The translations under genes and the position numbers were made by a program. Positions 17,958-26,241 of a stretch of 64,000 bases of DNA are shown here, in pieces (the stretch's first letter is position 1; every line of letters begins with the position of its first letter). The notes under the pieces are model-generated. The model was given only the letters and a program-made list of their open reading frames with translations, was not told the origin of the DNA and did not search any database. Source of the DNA: an uncultured Bacteroidota bacterium (GTDB taxonomy: Bacteria > Bacteroidota > Bacteroidia > Flavobacteriales > Flavobacteriaceae); the NCBI GenBank assembly GCA_902608795.1, contig CACLPI010000001.1, positions 5,354 to 69,353 on the forward strand, read 5' to 3'.

Positions 17958-18376
17958 TCTATAATTCTACCTATACTGATATCGAAAAGGAATTAGAAAC
18001 CGATAACTTGGTTGGAAAACAATATAACTTGATAAAATCAATCAGATTGGGAGGTATCGGGTCTAAAAGATTGATTATTGACGAATTGGGTTTGAATTTT
18101 AAAAAACTTATTGAACAAAAAAATGATATTATATATTCAAATATAGAGTTAAGGAAAAAAGGAATCATAGTATATTTAGTTGATAGACAGAGGAGGTTTA
18201 CTTGGGTTATTCCGTTTTATAAATTAGTTGTGTATAAAACCCCTTCATTTTCTATCCATTCTGACGGAAATTTTATCAGATACAGTGATAAATTGAATCA
18301 TAAGCAAAGTTTAGTTTTTTTTAAAAAGATGCTTGATCATAAATTCAACTTTAACAAACATAATAATCAGACCTAA
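17954..18376 (+). CDS. Hypothetical protein (no family recognised), embedded in the photolyase operon
   Basis: 140 aa ORF with an ATGA start/stop overlap with the upstream CPF gene. Coding-like composition. I recognise no motif. Confidence 0.55.
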   Translation: MIYNSTYTDIEKELETDNLVGKQYNLIKSIRLGGIGSKRLIIDELGLNFKKLIEQKNDIIYSNIELRKKGIIVYLVDRQRRFTWVIPFYKLVVYKTPSFSIHSDGNFIRYSDKLNHKQSLVFFKKMLDHKFNFNKHNNQT

Positions 18377-18377
18377 T

Positions 18378-18680
18378 TTGAAAAATTTAAATGGCACAGA
18401 TATTGATAGAATCATTGAAATGGCATGGGAAGATAGAACAACTTTTGATGCTATTTTAGAGATATTTAGCTTAAATGAGTCTGAAGTTATTTCTCTTATG
18501 CGAAGCAACCTCAAGCCTTCCAGTTTTAGGCTTTGGAGAAAAAGAGTAAGTGGAAGGAAAACAAAACATCAGGCCAAAAGAAGTTTTGTGCTTGGTAGAT
18601 TTAAATGTTCTAGACAAGGTAACATAAATCAAAATAAAATAAGTAAAAGAAATGGAAGTAAAAGATACCGAAATAATTGA
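18378..18680 (+). CDS. TIGR03643 / DUF2805 family protein (photolyase-associated)
   Basis: DRIIEMAWEDRTTFDAILEIFSLNESEVISLMRSNLKPSSFRLWRKRVSGRKTKH...RFKCSRQ matches the TIGR03643 signature. I chose in-frame TTG 18378, just after the upstream stop, instead of 18333. Confidence 0.75.
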   Translation: MKNLNGTDIDRIIEMAWEDRTTFDAILEIFSLNESEVISLMRSNLKPSSFRLWRKRVSGRKTKHQAKRSFVLGRFKCSRQGNINQNKISKRNGSKRYRNN

Positions 18681-18888
18681 TAAAGCAACAGAGTTTGAAA
18701 ACAGAAAACATGTATACAAAAGTACAAACGAAAAGATAGTTGCATCAAGAGAAGTAAAAAGTCTGATTCTTGAACTGAATGAGATTTACAAGGAAAATAA
18801 AGATTCTGACATCATGGACATGATGAAAAGACTTACTGCCATCAAAAGAAAAGTGGAAAAGAGATTAAAAGGAAGACCTGGATCATAA
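18652..18888 (+). CDS. Hypothetical small charged/helical protein
   Basis: 78 aa ORF. Its stop overlaps the SDR start (TAATG) and its start overlaps the TIGR03643 gene by 29 nt. No recognised family. Confidence 0.4.
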   Translation: MEVKDTEIIDKATEFENRKHVYKSTNEKIVASREVKSLILELNEIYKENKDSDIMDMMKRLTAIKRKVEKRLKGRPGS

Positions 18889-19571
18889 TGAAAAATATTC
18901 TGATAATAGGAGGAACTAAAGGAATTGGAAAATCAATTGTCGATGATCTTGTTGTTAATAACAATATTACTTGCTTAAGTAGAAATAAGACAGAATTCCA
19001 ACATCAAAATTTTGTTCACAAAGAATTTGATGCCCTTTCTGATGAATATCCAGAAATGGATAATCTTGACTGTCTAATATATTGCCCAGGCAGTATTAAT
19101 TTAAAACCTATTTCTACTTTGACATTAGAAGACTTTAGAAATGATTTTGAAATAAATGTTATGGGTGCAGTTAAAGCAATCAAAAAATACTTACCATTAC
19201 TAAAAAAATCACTCTCTGCATCAATATTGTTATTTAGTACAGTTGCTACTAAACTAGGTATGCCCTACCATGCATCTGTTTCTGTAGCCAAGTCAGGTAT
19301 TGATGGTCTTGTCAAAACATTGGGTTCTGAGTTAGCCCCCAAAGTAAGGATTAACGCAATAGCTCCTACAATTACAAATACCGATTTAGCTTCTAAAATT
19401 CTAAGAAACGAAAAGGTTATAGAAAATATGATTGAAAGACATCCACTTAAAAAAATCCTTTCATCTAGTGAAGTAGCTAAAATGGCATCTTTTCTTATTT
19501 CTGAAGACGCATCCTCAATTTCTGGACAAATTTTTAATATGGATGCAGGAATCGTAACATTTAAAAGCTAA
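18888..19571 (+). CDS. SDR family oxidoreductase (atypical active-site register)
   Basis: N-terminal IIGGTKGIGKS Rossmann motif and a short-chain dehydrogenase layout. The active-site region reads PYHASVSVAKSG rather than the canonical YxxxK. Confidence 0.85.
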   Translation: MKNILIIGGTKGIGKSIVDDLVVNNNITCLSRNKTEFQHQNFVHKEFDALSDEYPEMDNLDCLIYCPGSINLKPISTLTLEDFRNDFEINVMGAVKAIKKYLPLLKKSLSASILLFSTVATKLGMPYHASVSVAKSGIDGLVKTLGSELAPKVRINAIAPTITNTDLASKILRNEKVIENMIERHPLKKILSSSEVAKMASFLISEDASSISGQIFNMDAGIVTFKS

Positions 19572-19575
19572 TATT

Positions 19576-20133
19576 ATGATAAATACAATTAAAATAGTAT
19601 TAGTTCTCATGTTTTCGCTTTTTAGTAGTGACTTTAACAAAAAAAAATCAAAAAAAGTGCCTATGTCAATTTATGATATCTCAATTAAAAATATTGAAGG
19701 AAGTGAAATATCACTTAGCGATTACAAAGGTAAATATATATTATTCGTAAATGTTGCTTCAAATTGCGGTTTTACCAGACAGTATAAAGATCTTCAACAA
19801 TTATATGATCAAAACTCTGATAAATTAGTTATAGTAGGTGTACCATGTAACCAATTTGGCGCCCAAGAACCAGCAAGTGAAGACCAAATCTCAATATTTT
19901 GTTCAGAAAAATACAATGTCAGCTTTCCAATGACTGAAAAAACTTATGTAAGAGGGTCAAATCAACACCCATTATATAAATGGTTAACATCTAAGGAATT
20001 GAATGGGAGGAAAAATTCAAGTGTAAAGTGGAATTTTCAAAAATATCTGGTTGACAAGGATGGAAATCTAATTGATTATTGGTACTCTTTAACCAGCCCT
20101 ATGAGTTCCAAAATTACGAACTATATTAAATGA
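19576..20133 (+). CDS. Glutathione peroxidase (Cys-type)
   Basis: The GPx signature is LFVNVASNCGFTRQY...VPCNQFGAQEP...WNFQKYLV. The first 29 codons form a hydrophobic N-terminal extension. The alternative start is M30 at 19663. Confidence 0.9.
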   Translation: MINTIKIVLVLMFSLFSSDFNKKKSKKVPMSIYDISIKNIEGSEISLSDYKGKYILFVNVASNCGFTRQYKDLQQLYDQNSDKLVIVGVPCNQFGAQEPASEDQISIFCSEKYNVSFPMTEKTYVRGSNQHPLYKWLTSKELNGRKNSSVKWNFQKYLVDKDGNLIDYWYSLTSPMSSKITNYIK

Positions 20134-20591
20134 AAATTTTTAGATTAGAAAAATCTATAAAATTACCAGTTTCCATTGAAGAGTGCTGGGAATTCTTTTC
20201 TTCTCCCAAAAATCTCAAGATAATCACCCCAGACTACATGGGGTTTAGCATCATTGATGAAGAAAAAACAAAAATGTATTCTGGTCAGATTATAAAGTAC
20301 AATGTGACTCCGATTTTTGGAATAAATATGAAATGGGTGACAGAAATTTCACATGTAAAAGAATTTAAATTTTTTGTTGATGAACAAAGATTTGGTCCTT
20401 ATAAATTTTGGCATCATAAGCATATATTTGAAGTAATAGATGGTGGAGTTAAAGTAACTGATATTTTAGATTATGCGCTACCTTTTGGATTTTTGGGATC
20501 GTTTTTTCATCCTATCACTATCAAACCAAAGTTGAATGAAATTTTTAATTACAGAGAAAAAAAGTTAATTGAAATCTTCGGAAAATTGTAA
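20130..20591 (+). CDS. SRPBCC (START/cyclase-dehydrase fold) family protein
   Basis: 153 aa with pattern LPVSIEECWEFFSSPKNL..ITP...FVDEQRFGPYKFWHHKH.F, typical of the COG4276-type SRPBCC proteins that sit next to photolyases. ATGA overlap with the GPx gene. Confidence 0.75.
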   Translation: MKIFRLEKSIKLPVSIEECWEFFSSPKNLKIITPDYMGFSIIDEEKTKMYSGQIIKYNVTPIFGINMKWVTEISHVKEFKFFVDEQRFGPYKFWHHKHIFEVIDGGVKVTDILDYALPFGFLGSFFHPITIKPKLNEIFNYREKKLIEIFGKL

Positions 20592-21886
20592 TGGAAGAGG
20601 TTAATATTTTTTGGTTTAGAAGAGATTTGAGATTGTACGATAATTCAGGATTATCTGCAGCCACACATTCCAAAATTAAAGTTATACCCATATTTATTTT
20701 TGATACTTCAATAACCGCTAAACTCCCCAATAATGATAGAAGAATAAACTTTATATTTGATAACCTAGTCAAGATTGATTTAGAATTAAAAAATAAATTT
20801 AATTCGTCAATTAATGTGTTCAAAGGCAACCCTAAAGAAGTTTTCAAGGAATTAATCAGGGATTACAAAATAAATTCTGTTTATACAAATAATGACTACG
20901 AACCATATGCTAATACAAGAGATGAATCAATTAGGAGTTTATTAGAAATAAATCAAATTAAATTTAAATCCTTCAAGGATCAGGTAATTTTCGAAAAAAA
21001 TGAAGTTGTAAAAGACGATGGTAGCCCATATATTGTTTACACTCCATATATGAGAAAATGGAAAGCTAGTTTAAATGAAGATCTATCTGAACTTAATGAA
21101 AAAGAGATTGTTAATAATTTTTACAACTCCCCTGTTTCTGCTCTAAAGAAATTAGATGAATATGGTTTTGTTGAAAATGATAAAAAAATTGAAGCCTTCA
21201 AATTGAATAAGGGCATAGTAACAAAATATGCAGATACAAGAAACTTTCCTTCAATTAATTCGACATCAAAGCTTGGCCCTTATCTAAGATTTGGAACTGT
21301 CAGTGTAAGAAAAATTATTTCTGGATTATTAAAATTTAAAGACCAAACATTTTTAAATGAACTTATTTGGAGAGAGTTTTTTATGCAAATATTGTTTCAT
21401 TTTCCTCATACTGCAGAAAAAAGTTTTAAGTCAAAATACGATAGGATTATATGGTTAAATGATCCTAAATCGTTTGAAGCATGGAAAAAGGGAGAAACTG
21501 GTTTCCCTTTAGTTGATGCAGGTATGAAAGAACTTAATAACACTGGTTTTATGCATAACAGAGTTAGAATGATCACTTCAAGCTTTTTATGCAAACATCT
21601 ATTAATTGATTGGAGATTAGGAGAAAAATATTTTGCTCTCAAACTTAATGACTATGAAATGGCTAGTAATGTTGGTAATTGGCAGTGGGCAAGTGGATCA
21701 GGGGTTGACGCTGCACCTTACTTCAGAATCTTCAATCCTCATACTCAAATTTTAAAATTTGATAAGAGCAGGGAATACATTAATAAGTGGTTAAATACTG
21801 AATCCGAATCTTACCCAGATGAGATTGTTGATCACAAAGTTGCCAGACAAAGGTGCTTAGATACTTACAAAATGTATTTAGACTAA
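20591..21886 (+). CDS. Deoxyribodipyrimidine photo-lyase / cryptochrome (class I CPD / Cry-DASH type)
   Basis: IFWFRRDLRLYDN, TSKLGPYLRFG, WREFF, GFMHNRVRM and GNWQWASGSGVDAAPYFRIFNP are canonical photolyase FAD-domain motifs. Confidence 0.9.
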   Translation: MEEVNIFWFRRDLRLYDNSGLSAATHSKIKVIPIFIFDTSITAKLPNNDRRINFIFDNLVKIDLELKNKFNSSINVFKGNPKEVFKELIRDYKINSVYTNNDYEPYANTRDESIRSLLEINQIKFKSFKDQVIFEKNEVVKDDGSPYIVYTPYMRKWKASLNEDLSELNEKEIVNNFYNSPVSALKKLDEYGFVENDKKIEAFKLNKGIVTKYADTRNFPSINSTSKLGPYLRFGTVSVRKIISGLLKFKDQTFLNELIWREFFMQILFHFPHTAEKSFKSKYDRIIWLNDPKSFEAWKKGETGFPLVDAGMKELNNTGFMHNRVRMITSSFLCKHLLIDWRLGEKYFALKLNDYEMASNVGNWQWASGSGVDAAPYFRIFNPHTQILKFDKSREYINKWLNTESESYPDEIVDHKVARQRCLDTYKMYLD

Positions 21887-21916
21887 AATCATTATATTTA
21901 TTAAAATACATAAACC

Positions 21917-23347
21917 ATGATAAAATATCGATTAGTTTTTGGTTTGCTGTTTTTTGTAAGCCTTAATGTTTTTTCTCAAAATTTAGACGAGACAAAAATA
22001 AATATTATTAAGTCTATTGAAAATCACGAAGAAGAAATAATAAAAATCAGTGATAAAATATGGGAATTAGCAGAAACAGCTTTTAATGAATATGAATCAT
22101 CTAAACTTCTATCTAATTATGCTGAGGCAAATGGTTTTAGTCTTGAAAGAGGTGTAGCTGGAATGCCTACAGCATTTGTTGCAACATATGGGCGGGGCAG
22201 ACCAGTTATAAGTGTTTTAGGTGAATTTGATGCTCTTCCTGGTCTATCTCAAGATACTACTCCAACTAAAAAACCACTGACAGAAGGCGGTAATGGCCAT
22301 GGTTGTGGGCATAACTTATTTGGGGCTGCAAGTCTTGCCTCTGCAATTGCTATAAAAGAACAGATTGAAAATGGAGATTTAAAAGGGACTATTAAATTCT
22401 TTGGAACACCTTCAGAAGAAAAATTCTTTGGCAAAATATGGATGGTTGATGCAGGTTTATGGGATGATGTGGATGTAAATATAAGCTGGCACCCTGGATA
22501 CTATACCGAGTCTGATGTTCAGTCAACATTATCTTTAATTGATTTTCAAGTTGAATTTTTTGGACAGGCAGCTCACGCATCAATGGATCCATGGAACGGA
22601 AGAAGTGCTTCTGATGCCTTAGAATTATATACGTCTGCAATAAATTATTATCGTGAACATGTTCAACCAACTGTTAGAATGCATTATCACATTCAGGATG
22701 GTGGAAAGGTTGTGAATGTGGTTCCTGATTATTCTAAATTATGGGTTCGTGTGAGAGACTCAGACAGAGCTGGAATGACCCCAGTTTATGAAAGGGTAAT
22801 GGAAATGGCAGAAGGTGCTGCAATACTTGCAAATGTTGATTATAGAGTGACGTTAATATCTGGAATATATGAGGTTTTAGTCAATAGAAGGGGTGGTGAA
22901 ATTATGCAAAAAAACTTAGAGCTATTAGGTCCAATAGAATACAATAGTGATGAAATAAAATTTGCAAAAGAATTACAACTTACTCTAGACAAGCCACAAG
23001 TGGGCTTAAATGGAATGATATACCCCCTTAGGGAAACCATAGTTGACGGTGGCGGTGGATCTACTGATGTCGGAGATGTTAGCTGGAACGTTCCAAATAT
23101 TAATTTATCTGTAACAACAGCACCATACGAAACACCATGGCACTCATGGGCTGTAGTAGCTTGCGGTGGAATGAGTATTGGACACAAAGGTGCAATCTAT
23201 GCATCAAAGGCAATGGCTCTTACAATGTCTGACTTATTTAAGAGTGATAAACTTGTAAAAGAAATAAAGGATGAATTTTTAATGAGAAAGGGTGATCATA
23301 TATATGAACCAATGATTGAAGGTCCTCCTCCGATTAATCAAAATTAA
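21917..23347 (+). CDS. M20 family amidohydrolase (AbgB / aminobenzoyl-glutamate utilisation-like), secreted
   Basis: Signal peptide plus M20D-type motifs [14 protein letters not shown] and FGTPSEE. Confidence 0.85.
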   Translation: MIKYRLVFGLLFFVSLNVFSQNLDETKINIIKSIENHEEEIIKISDKIWELAETAFNEYESSKLLSNYAEANGFSLERGVAGMPTAFVATYGRGRPVISVLGEFDALPGLSQDTTPTKKPLTEGGNGHGCGHNLFGAASLASAIAIKEQIENGDLKGTIKFFGTPSEEKFFGKIWMVDAGLWDDVDVNISWHPGYYTESDVQSTLSLIDFQVEFFGQAAHASMDPWNGRSASDALELYTSAINYYREHVQPTVRMHYHIQDGGKVVNVVPDYSKLWVRVRDSDRAGMTPVYERVMEMAEGAAILANVDYRVTLISGIYEVLVNRRGGEIMQKNLELLGPIEYNSDEIKFAKELQLTLDKPQVGLNGMIYPLRETIVDGGGGSTDVGDVSWNVPNINLSVTTAPYETPWHSWAVVACGGMSIGHKGAIYASKAMALTMSDLFKSDKLVKEIKDEFLMRKGDHIYEPMIEGPPPINQN

Positions 23348-24652
23348 ATCCTTTCGATTGAGGCACCTAGTAACCTTAATCGCTCATCAATATTTTCATA
23401 ACCTCTGTCAATCTGTTCGATATTTTGAATAACAGACTCACCTTTCGCGGATAAGGCTGCAATTAGTAGTGAAATTCCTGCTCTAATATCAGGTGAGCTC
23501 ATAGTAGTGGCTTTTAAAGAAGATTTAAAGTCATGTCCTATGACTATTGCGCGATGTGGATCGCATAAAATTATCTTTGCACCCATATCAATTAATTTAT
23601 CAACAAAAAAATAATCTACTTTCAAACATTTTTTGATGAATTAAAACACTACTTCTTGCTTGAGTAGCAATAACCAAAATAATACTGAGTAAATCAGGAC
23701 TGAAACCTGGCCATGGAGCATCAGAAATTGATAAAATAGAGCCGTCAATATAATTGCTTATTTCGTATCCATTTTTGTGCTCTGGGATAACGATATCATC
23801 ACCCTCTTTTATCAACGTAATGCCAAGTGATCTAAAAACATTTGGAATAATACCAAGATTTTCCCAACTGACATCTTTTATTCTGATGTCACTCTTTGTC
23901 ATAGCTGCCAATCCAATCCAACTTCCTATCTCAATCATGTCAGGCAAAACAGAGTGATCAGCACCGGCTAAAGAATCAACTCCTTCAATCACTAATAAAT
24001 TTGAACCTATTCCTTTAATTTTTGCTCCCATTTTACATAAAAGCTTACATAATTGCTGTATATATGGTTCACAAGCAGCATTGTATATAGTGGTTTTTCC
24101 CTCTGCCAGAACAGAGGCCATTAATATATTAGCGGTACCTGTAACAGAAGCTTCATCCATTAAAATGTAGGCACCTTTTAATACTTTTGATTCTACCCCA
24201 TAAAAGTAATCCTCTTTGTTGTAGGAAAATTTTGCACCAAGTTTAATTAAACCTTCAAAATGTGTATCTAATCTCCTTCTGCCGATTTTATCACCTCCAG
24301 GTCTAGGAATAAATGCTTTACCAAATCTAGCCAAAAGAGGACCAACGATCATAATTGAACCTCTTAGACTTTTACCGTCAGTCTTGAATCGATCAGAACC
24401 CAAATAATCTAAATCAACATTATCTGCTTTGAATGAATACTTATTTGAATCTAGCTTGTTAACTTTTACACCCAAGGATTTTAAAAGAGAAATGAGTTTG
24501 TTTATATCAATAATATCAGGGATATTATTTATTACAACCTCCTCTGAAGTTAATAGAGTTGCACAAATAATTTGAAGTGCTTCGTTTTTTGCTCCCTGAG
24601 GTTTTACTTCACCTTTCAGTTTTCTTCCTCCTAATATTTTAAAAGCTTGCAT
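23344..24652 (-). pseudogene. murA: UDP-N-acetylglucosamine 1-carboxyvinyltransferase (murA) interrupted by a +1 frameshift in a T7 run
   Basis: ORF 24652..23600 holds the N-terminal 350 aa of MurA (QGAKNEALQI...). ORF 23625..23344 holds the C-terminal 93 aa. They join in the A7 run at 23605-23611. Removing one base gives the contiguous ..[17 protein letters not shown].. Confidence 0.85.
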
Positions 24653-24662
24653 TTTATGAAGG

Positions 24663-25295
24663 CTAATATCTTTTTCTGTTCTTATTATTTTTCCTGGGAA
24701 ATTTCTTATTTGAAAACCTTTTCTTAGACCTTAGTAAAAGGGCTGAATCCAATAACTCCTCTTTTGAATCTCTGATATCTATATTAGACTCTGACAGCTC
24801 ATAAAGATGATCAAATATAACCTGATCCTTTACGCTATCTTTATTCCAATTTAAGAAGCACTTTTTCATATGATTAGCAATTGTTAAAACTAATGCTTCT
24901 TTCATTTCACCAGCATCCCATTTTACAGCTTCATCAATCATGATTTTAATATTATTTCCGTAAAATCTATATTTTGGGAAATTCTGAGGATAACTTAGTG
25001 GATCTGGTTTAGCATTTAATACTTCTTTGGAGGGCTTTTCAAATGGCGAATCAGCATCTAGTTTAAAATCTGACATAATGAATAACTGATCCCATAATTT
25101 ATGCTGAAAGTCAGGTACATCCCTCAGATGTGGTTGTAAATTACCCATTACTGAAATAATTGAATTAGCCAATTTATTTCTCTCTTCTTTACTTTCTCTC
25201 GAAGATGCATAATTTATCATTTTTTGAATATGTCTTCCATATTCAGGGATAATTAACTCTTCCCTTATTGTATTATATTCTAAATTTTCAATCAA
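24663..25295 (-). CDS. DUF4290 domain protein
   Basis: The LEYNTIREELIIPEYGRHIQKMI N-terminus is typical of DUF4290. It sits in the conserved position directly upstream of murA in Bacteroidota. Confidence 0.8.
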   Translation of the reverse strand: MIENLEYNTIREELIIPEYGRHIQKMINYASSRESKEERNKLANSIISVMGNLQPHLRDVPDFQHKLWDQLFIMSDFKLDADSPFEKPSKEVLNAKPDPLSYPQNFPKYRFYGNNIKIMIDEAVKWDAGEMKEALVLTIANHMKKCFLNWNKDSVKDQVIFDHLYELSESNIDIRDSKEELLDSALLLRSKKRFSNKKFPRKNNKNRKRY

Positions 25296-25350
25296 CTTTA
25301 TAGATTTTACAGGTTAATATGAGGCAAAATACGAAAAATATGTGCAGAAA

Positions 25351-25638
25351 TTATAATAAAATTACATTTTCAATCCTATCGGCAACTTTCTTGTAGTTTT
25401 CGATTATTAAATCTGGGTTTTTAGCAATAATTTTTACCGAAACCGAGGTGTAATTGCCGTTTTTAGAGGTTTTAATTTTAAACTCTGCATTTGAGGCTTT
25501 AAAAATATCTCTTAATATTTCAATATTATCAGGTTTAGAGCTATAAATAAATTTGTATATATACTCTGAAGGCCAACTGCTTGTGTCATCAAGAAGTTGC
25601 TTTAAGTTTTTATAAAAATTTTTATTCTCCTCACCCAT
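25351..25638 (-). CDS. DUF493 (YbeD-like) family protein
   Basis: 95 aa. The WPSEYIYKFI...V.V pattern and the size are consistent with the UPF0250/DUF493 family. Confidence 0.55.
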   Translation of the reverse strand: MGEENKNFYKNLKQLLDDTSSWPSEYIYKFIYSSKPDNIEILRDIFKASNAEFKIKTSKNGNYTSVSVKIIAKNPDLIIENYKKVADRIENVILL

Positions 25639-25713
25639 TTATTGAGGACAAATATATTGTTAATTATTTTTTCAGTTTAAACATTATTGTCGAATTTTAT
25701 AAAAAAAATTTTC

Positions 25714-26241
25714 ATGAAGATTGTAATAACCGGTGGTCCTGGAACCGGAAAAACTTCGATAATTAACAAATTAGAGAGTCTTGGGCAGCATGTGTTTCAT
25801 GAAAGTTCCAGAGAAATAATCAGAAAATATAAAAAATTAGGTCATGATCAATTCTTTTTATCAGATCCTATTAAATTTTCAGAAATACTTTTAAAAAATA
25901 GAATTAAACAGTTTGAAATATCCAATAAATCAAACTCTGATATTAAATTTTTTGATAGAGGTATTCCCGATATTATAGCATATTTAAATTATAAGAAAAT
26001 TCCATTAAAAAAGGAATTTGAATTAGCATCAAAAAAGTATAAGTACGATTATATTTTTTTAGCTGAACCTTGGGAATATATTTACAAGAAAGACAAGGAA
26101 AGATATGAATCTTTTGAGGACTTAAAAGTTATTAATAAATACATAAAAAAAATATACTCTAATTATGCTCAAAAGTTTATTACGCTTCCAAAAAGTTCTG
26201 TTCAAGAAAGAATAAATTTTATAATTGAATCAATTAAATGA
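25714..26241 (+). CDS. P-loop AAA-type ATPase (COG3911-like)
   Basis: MKIVITGGPGTGKTS is a Walker A motif. I chose ATG 25714 over the upstream TTG 25687 of the ORF track. Confidence 0.7.
   Translation: MKIVITGGPGTGKTSIINKLESLGQHVFHESSREIIRKYKKLGHDQFFLSDPIKFSEILLKNRIKQFEISNKSNSDIKFFDRGIPDIIAYLNYKKIPLKKEFELASKKYKYDYIFLAEPWEYIYKKDKERYESFEDLKVINKYIKKIYSNYAQKFITLPKSSVQERINFIIESIK

Noticed and set aside
16482-18680. Two gene overlaps in the light operon are both exactly 29 nt (16482-16510 and 18652-18680).
   Set aside because: The two overlap segments share no sequence similarity. The second depends on an uncertain start-codon choice. I treat it as coincidence.
16482-20605. Both CPF genes begin with the same five residues, MEEVN (ttggaagaggtaaac at 16482 and atggaagaggttaat at 20591). 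I considered a shared regulatory or recoding element.
   Set aside because: Only about 14 nt are similar, there is no extended structure, and the rest of the two genes is unrelated at the nucleotide level. It is most likely coincidence.
21917-23347. A visibly GC-richer patch (several 60-nt lines at about 45-50% GC against a background of about 30%) with three antisense ORFs (22249..22434, 22392..22670, 22840..23187) inside the M20 amidohydrolase gene. I considered recent horizontal acquisition.
   Set aside because: carB shows comparable local GC peaks, where Gly/Ala/Pro-rich conserved motifs force G/C codons. There are no flanking repeats, tRNA junctions or mobility genes. Hand counts on a few lines are not a compositional test. 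A k-mer or codon-usage analysis on the whole genome would be needed.
23344-23347. Convergent 4-nt overlap of the M20 peptidase stop and the murA stop (shared TTAA) with no terminator between them.
   Set aside because: It fits the general compaction of this genome. Similar convergent overlaps occur at 14220-14233 and 45527-45550. It is not informative on its own.
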